Assembly (NCBI GenBank): GCA_033852155.1
Contig: JAWSVA010000014.1
Coordinates: 101,393-165,392 of the forward strand
DNA: 64,000 nucleotides
Direction of reading: 5' to 3'
From: Gammaproteobacteria bacterium
GTDB lineage: Bacteria; Pseudomonadota; Gammaproteobacteria; QZLD01
Shown one piece after another: positions 60,107-64,000 of the stretch. The stretch's first letter is position 1; each line of letters starts with the position of its first letter. The translations under genes and the position numbers were made by a program. Below the pieces are notes generated by a model. The model worked only from the letters and a program-made list of their open reading frames with translations, was not told the origin of the DNA and searched no databases.

Positions 60107-60171
60107 GATTTGGTTATTCTACCCTGCTGATGCATAAACGTAAATCAAATTTTGGGTGTCCTTTATATTCA

Positions 60172-60554
60172 GTCCCTATTTATCAAATCTTGGATAAATC
60201 AACCTGATTGCACTGCTCTGGGTATAATGCGAAATGGAAAACTCCAAGGCTACGGTGTGATACGCGCGTGTCGTTCCGGATACAAGATAGGACCTCTTTT
60301 TGCGGAATGCCCAAAACAGGCCGAGTCTCTTTTTCTGGCGCTAAAATCCAGGGTTAAAGCAGGTGAACCAATTTATCTTGATGTACCAGAACCAAATCAA
60401 GCAGCAATATCATTAGCGAAGCTTAATAACATGCAGGTAGTATTCGAGACTGCCAGAATGTATACGGGTGAAGAACCAGCTATACCACTGCATCATGTCT
60501 TTGGAGTTACCTCTTTTGAAGTTGGATGAATAAATTGGCCAATGCATTTGAGAT
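60172..60554 (+). pseudogene. Right copy of the 383-bp repeat: orphan 3' fragment of the GNAT gene (ORF 60152-60529, 125 aa, with no N-terminal half)
   Basis: Encoded protein LFIKSWINQPDCTALGIMRNGKLQGYGVIRACRSGYKIGPLF...GVTSFEVG is about 96% identical to the C-terminus of the 56040-56906 product. Confidence 0.8.
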
Positions 60555-60613
60555 TACCAATAATTCATTATTTTAAGTCCTATATTTCATATACATGAAG
60601 TGTTTAGAATCAG

Positions 60614-62347
60614 TTATTTGGCAATGATGCGTCCTTCAATACTGCGTATTACAGGTGAATTGGTAGTGAATTCTTCGACCAACAGATCGATCCCAAGAAT
60701 ACCCGTATCACGACAATACGCGCCACTCGCACAAAGTTCCTGGAGCATCGTGTAACCGTCTCCACCACCAGCCATAAAACCATTGATAGCTATCCGGTAG
60801 GTCGTACTGGGATCGACAGGCTGATGATTGATAGTCAGTTTGGTCACCCGCCCCGCCGTCCTTAGTGCACCGACACAAGGCAATTGGGTGCAATAGGTCA
60901 AAGTCATGCCAGCTATTTGAGGAAAAGCGCCATCTCCTGCCTGAGACACCCCATAATCCAGCGCAGCAATCAGGGTATCACCATCAATTTCCATAGCTAC
61001 TAGCGTATTGCCAAATGGCAAAACTGCTAAAGCATCCTCAAACGTAATATCACCCTGGTTAAGATCAGCACGAATGCCGCCGCCATTTATAATTGCTGCA
61101 TCCACCTGATCTGAGTTAGCTGCCGATTCGAGGAAAACATCAGCAATCAGATTACCCTGTGGCATCTCTTGAGTACGCACGCCTGGGGCGCGCTGAGCAT
61201 CAAAGAACATACCGGCCTGACCTATAATTGTATTGGCGAAAATTTCTACGGGTTGACGATAGGCGGCTACCTTGGCCTTAATTACAGCGTTTTCCGCAGC
61301 AACCTGCTGCTGACACTCCACGGCGCCATTCGCAAATTCACAACCGCGCACAAAGACAGGCTGGCTTTGCCAGTTCTGAATCACGCCGAATTTATCAAAG
61401 CTGACATCGATTTGTCCCAGCCACCGCCCCGACTCGTTAGCGCTAACAATAAGCACCGGATTACCATCCTGCGCAGTCACCACGGTTGGATAGGGACCTT
61501 TGCTTAGTGCGCCCTGCCCGGGAGCGACTGCGTCGATAGTGGTCGGATCGCCCAAAAGAGCATGGTCGTGCCCCGAAATGATGAGATCAACCCCCCTCAG
61601 TTGTAGCGCTTTCTGCACATCGACCGTATAGCCGTAATGGGAGAGTAGAATGATTTTGTTGACGCCCTGTTCAGTCAGGCGATTAGCCTCCGCCTGGACA
61701 CTAGCGACGTAATCAAGAAAGCTTAGATTAGAACCAGGCTTAGAGACGGTAGGAACATCTTCAGTAACGATACCAAGAATGCCGAATTGCTCGCCACCGC
61801 GTTCCAGGATAACGCTGGTTGGGAGCAGGTCTGATAGCGCCGACTCGCGAGAAGTGTCGACATTGGTGGCGATCATAGGTGTCCGTAATGGTTCAGTTTC
61901 GTACACAGCGCTGGAGATGGCAACAGGTTCGCCACGTAAAGCCCGCCCCAGTTCTGCCGGTTCCATATCAAATTCATGGTTGCCCAGAGTGGTCGCATCG
62001 TAACCAAGGGCATTGAGCGCCATAACTTCGGCTGATCCTTTCCAGGCATTATAAAAAATTGTTCCTTGAAAGTTGTCACCGGAGTCTAGCAGGAGGGTGT
62101 GTGGTTTGATTGCGCGTATTTCATCAATAATTGTCTTGCGGCGAGCAATACCTCCCTGTTGTGGCCCAGGGTTGTTGGCAGACAGTTCGCTATCGCGGGG
62201 AAAAGGCTCCAGACGGCTATGGGTATCATTAGTATGGAGGATGGAGATAGTTATGGGCTGATGGTTCCAGCTGTCGCTATTACCACCACAAGCTGTCAGC
62301 AGCGATAATGAAAGGATCAGGAAAAGCAGATCTACGTGCATATTCAA
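60614..62347 (-). CDS. Lipoprotein bifunctional 5'-nucleotidase / metallophosphoesterase (UshA-like)
   Basis: Lipobox LLTAC|GG. Calcineurin-like phosphoesterase motifs (DTHSRLE, GDNFQG, GNHEFD, GHDH). C-terminal 5'-nucleotidase domain. Markedly GC-richer than the rest of the window. Confidence 0.85.
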   Translation of the reverse strand: MNMHVDLLFLILSLSLLTACGGNSDSWNHQPITISILHTNDTHSRLEPFPRDSELSANNPGPQQGGIARRKTIIDEIRAIKPHTLLLDSGDNFQGTIFYNAWKGSAEVMALNALGYDATTLGNHEFDMEPAELGRALRGEPVAISSAVYETEPLRTPMIATNVDTSRESALSDLLPTSVILERGGEQFGILGIVTEDVPTVSKPGSNLSFLDYVASVQAEANRLTEQGVNKIILLSHYGYTVDVQKALQLRGVDLIISGHDHALLGDPTTIDAVAPGQGALSKGPYPTVVTAQDGNPVLIVSANESGRWLGQIDVSFDKFGVIQNWQSQPVFVRGCEFANGAVECQQQVAAENAVIKAKVAAYRQPVEIFANTIIGQAGMFFDAQRAPGVRTQEMPQGNLIADVFLESAANSDQVDAAIINGGGIRADLNQGDITFEDALAVLPFGNTLVAMEIDGDTLIAALDYGVSQAGDGAFPQIAGMTLTYCTQLPCVGALRTAGRVTKLTINHQPVDPSTTYRIAINGFMAGGGDGYTMLQELCASGAYCRDTGILGIDLLVEEFTTNSPVIRSIEGRIIAK

Positions 62348-62675
62348 AACAACCTCATTTTACAAACAATCTCTTTTCGAAAAAAACTGTGTAAATTTAA
62401 CTCCTCTGATATTGGCATCTTATTTATTGGTTTTAGAACTAGCCGAATGCTATATAAGAATTATTTTTAATTTTAGTACATCTGAGTTTTAAAAAGCAGA
62501 AATAATCCACACATATAGGATGTTAATCGTATAAGGGCAAAGTAACTAGAAAATACTCACTATTCTCTGTAGCAGACGTAAGTAGAGTGCCACGAGTAAA
62601 AGACAGCGAACAAAATTGATTTCCTGTATATATAACCTATCCTTAATAGAGTTAAATCTGTTGGAATCTTAAAAA

Positions 62676-64000
62676 ATGGTAAATATTATCAAGCAGTTAT
62701 GGCTAATCTGCACTCTCATTGCGTTAGCTTCGCTTGCCCTGTTGTTATCCGATCTAGAACAACGTCCACATTATTCTCAAAGTGAACTAAAGACCTATCC
62801 CGCCATTGCGATCATGCAGATTACTTCCACTAACCTACTTGATAGTCATGTCAAAGGGGTTGTCGACCGTTTGCAGGAAGCAGGTTTTCTGGCACCGGAT
62901 AAGAAAAACCTGCATATTTTTAATCCACAGAGTGACATTTCCACGGCCAATGCCATTGCCAGTGAGCTTGCCAATGGTCCCTACGAAATTATAATCACCT
63001 CCAGCACCATTGCACTCCAGGTTTTTGCTAATGCCAACCGCACCAGCCAGAAAAAACATGTATTTGGAGCTGTAACCAATCCCTACACAACTGGGGTTGG
63101 AATCACTGGACCAGAGCCTACACAGCACCCCCCTTATCTGGCGGGGGTAGGCACCTTTCAGCCAGTCAAGGCCGCCGTTAGACTGGCGCATGAAATGAAT
63201 CCAGAATTACAACGATTGGGCGTGGTATGGAATTCTTCCGAACAATCTTCCGAAGCCTGTCTGATTGAGGCAAGAGCCATCACTGCCGAGCTGAATATCA
63301 ACCTGATTGAGGCCATCGCCACCAACACGTCGGAAGTTTACGAAGCCACACAATCCCTGATTGCCAAAAAAGTAGATGCCATTTGGATTGGAGGAGACGT
63401 GGTCGCGACTGCCTCCATAGATCTAATCATCAAACTGGCCACGCAGGCCGGAATTCCTGTCTTCACGAATGACCCTACCGATGCAGACAAAGGGGCAATC
63501 TTTGGTTTGGGTGCGGATTATGCAACCGTAGGCAAGCATACGGCGAATATCGCCATAGCCATCTTAAATGGAGCCTCCCCCGGCTCTTTCAGAATAGACA
63601 ATGACGTTCCTGAGCTTTTGAAAATCAATAACAATGCAATCAAAAAATTCCATTCAAAATGGAAAGTCACGGCTGGGGCTAAGGCCACTTTGACCAAGCA
63701 AAACGACCTATTCCTGCAAAACAACCGCCCAATCGCCCCGCCTGGAAAAAGTTGGCATATAGGGCTTTCCTATATTGTTCCCGCCCCAATTTTTGACTAC
63801 GCGATCCAAGGGTTCAAAGATGGATTGGCGGACCTGGGATTCATAGAAGGCAAAAATATCGAGATCACTATTCAACACGCCAACGGGGACCTTTCATTTT
63901 TACCTCAGGCAACAACGAACCTGGTTCAGCTAAAACCGGATCTATTGGTGGCTATGTCCACGCCAAGTCTGGGAAGTGCTATAGCGCATTCCAATGGAAT
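62676..64000 (+). CDS. ABC transporter substrate-binding protein, tandem-domain type (COG2984/PF04392-like), 3'-truncated by the window edge
   Basis: Self-translated ORF from the ATG at 62676 (MVNIIKQLWLICTLIALASLALL... signal/anchor). Two homologous halves (...AIAIMQITS...GVVWNSSEQSS... and ...HIGLSYIVPAPIFD...) typical of this SBP family. Not in the ORF track because it runs off the window. Confidence 0.6.
   Translation, partial: MVNIIKQLWLICTLIALASLALLLSDLEQRPHYSQSELKTYPAIAIMQITSTNLLDSHVKGVVDRLQEAGFLAPDKKNLHIFNPQSDISTANAIASELANGPYEIIITSSTIALQVFANANRTSQKKHVFGAVTNPYTTGVGITGPEPTQHPPYLAGVGTFQPVKAAVRLAHEMNPELQRLGVVWNSSEQSSEACLIEARAITAELNINLIEAIATNTSEVYEATQSLIAKKVDAIWIGGDVVATASIDLIIKLATQAGIPVFTNDPTDADKGAIFGLGADYATVGKHTANIAIAILNGASPGSFRIDNDVPELLKINNNAIKKFHSKWKVTAGAKATLTKQNDLFLQNNRPIAPPGKSWHIGLSYIVPAPIFDYAIQGFKDGLADLGFIEGKNIEITIQHANGDLSFLPQATTNLVQLKPDLLVAMSTPSLGSAIAHSNG

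Larger units (their letters stand above)
56937..60171. mobile_element. 3.2-kb insertion bracketed by the 383-bp direct repeats: radical SAM/SPASM gene, small Cys-rich peptide gene, HUH transposase gene
   Basis: Cargo lies exactly between the repeat copies. Transposase gene start 66 bp from the right repeat. Repeat divergence (~2.6%) suggests Campbell-type integration of an element carrying a foreign allele of the GNAT 3' end. Confidence 0.5.

Noticed and set aside
63518-63724. 68-aa minus-strand ORF near the window end
   Set aside because: Antisense to the substrate-binding-protein ORF that runs off the window.
1-64000. CRISPR arrays, rRNA genes, integrase/recombinase genes
   Set aside because: No array of regularly spaced repeats, no rRNA-like segment and no tyrosine/serine recombinase signature found on either strand. 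The only mobility gene is the HUH transposase.

Overview
Low-GC (about one-third GC by eye) gammaproteobacterial-type chromosomal window, roughly 50 protein-coding genes plus one tRNA. No rRNA, CRISPR array or prophage is visible.

Ordered content:
- 1-2.7 kb: 3' end of a GGDEF-EAL c-di-GMP protein, two small DUF4124-type or hypothetical ORFs, an orphan CheY-like receiver.
- 3.2-10.9 kb: EamA transporter, a large secreted S8 subtilisin-like protease with tandem Ig-like repeats, arsC, ygiQ-type radical SAM protein, alpha/beta hydrolase.
- 10.9-15.7 kb: DUF4124-glutaredoxin protein, DUF2520 Rossmann protein, FecCD permease with ABC ATPase, an XRE-family HTH/2TM regulator.
- 15.8-26.5 kb: an accessory block made of the yefM-yoeB toxin-antitoxin pair, an inverted/direct repeat element, DUF2130 coiled-coil protein, a DUF1643 remnant, and a type I restriction-modification operon hsdM-hsdS-(PIN-like gene)-hsdR. 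The block ends at the 3' end of a tRNA-Ser(GGA).
- 26.7-28.2 kb: two unknown genes beside the tRNA.
- 28.3-35.1 kb: a sigma-54 activator upstream of an anaerobe-type cluster (CcdA, thioredoxin-like, metallo-beta-lactamase fold, two MinD-type ATPases with inserted 4Fe-4S ferredoxin domains, three NifB/NifX-like FeMo-cofactor-binding-domain proteins).
- 35.4-38.9 kb: divergent ppsA/ppsR.
- 39.0-50.3 kb: a 1312-aa hybrid GAF histidine kinase, then the conserved alpha-2-macroglobulin (yfhM-like)/pbpC pair.
- 50.9-56.0 kb: an NCS2 nucleobase permease carrying a C-terminal domain that resembles the GHKL domain of the neighbouring 807-aa sensor PP2C phosphatase-GHKL fusion, a cupin, and a STAS anti-sigma antagonist. 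Together these form an unusual partner-switching locus.
- 56.0-60.6 kb (the most striking region): a GNAT gene whose last ~380 bp is duplicated at ~97% identity 3.6 kb downstream. The two copies bracket a 3.2 kb insertion encoding a Cys-rich 72-aa candidate RiPP precursor peptide, a translationally coupled radical SAM/SPASM maturase and a long-form HUH (Y1, IS200/RAYT-like) transposase.
- 60.6-64.0 kb: an abrupt jump to ~50% GC carrying a lipoprotein 5'-nucleotidase (UshA-like) and a partial ABC substrate-binding protein.
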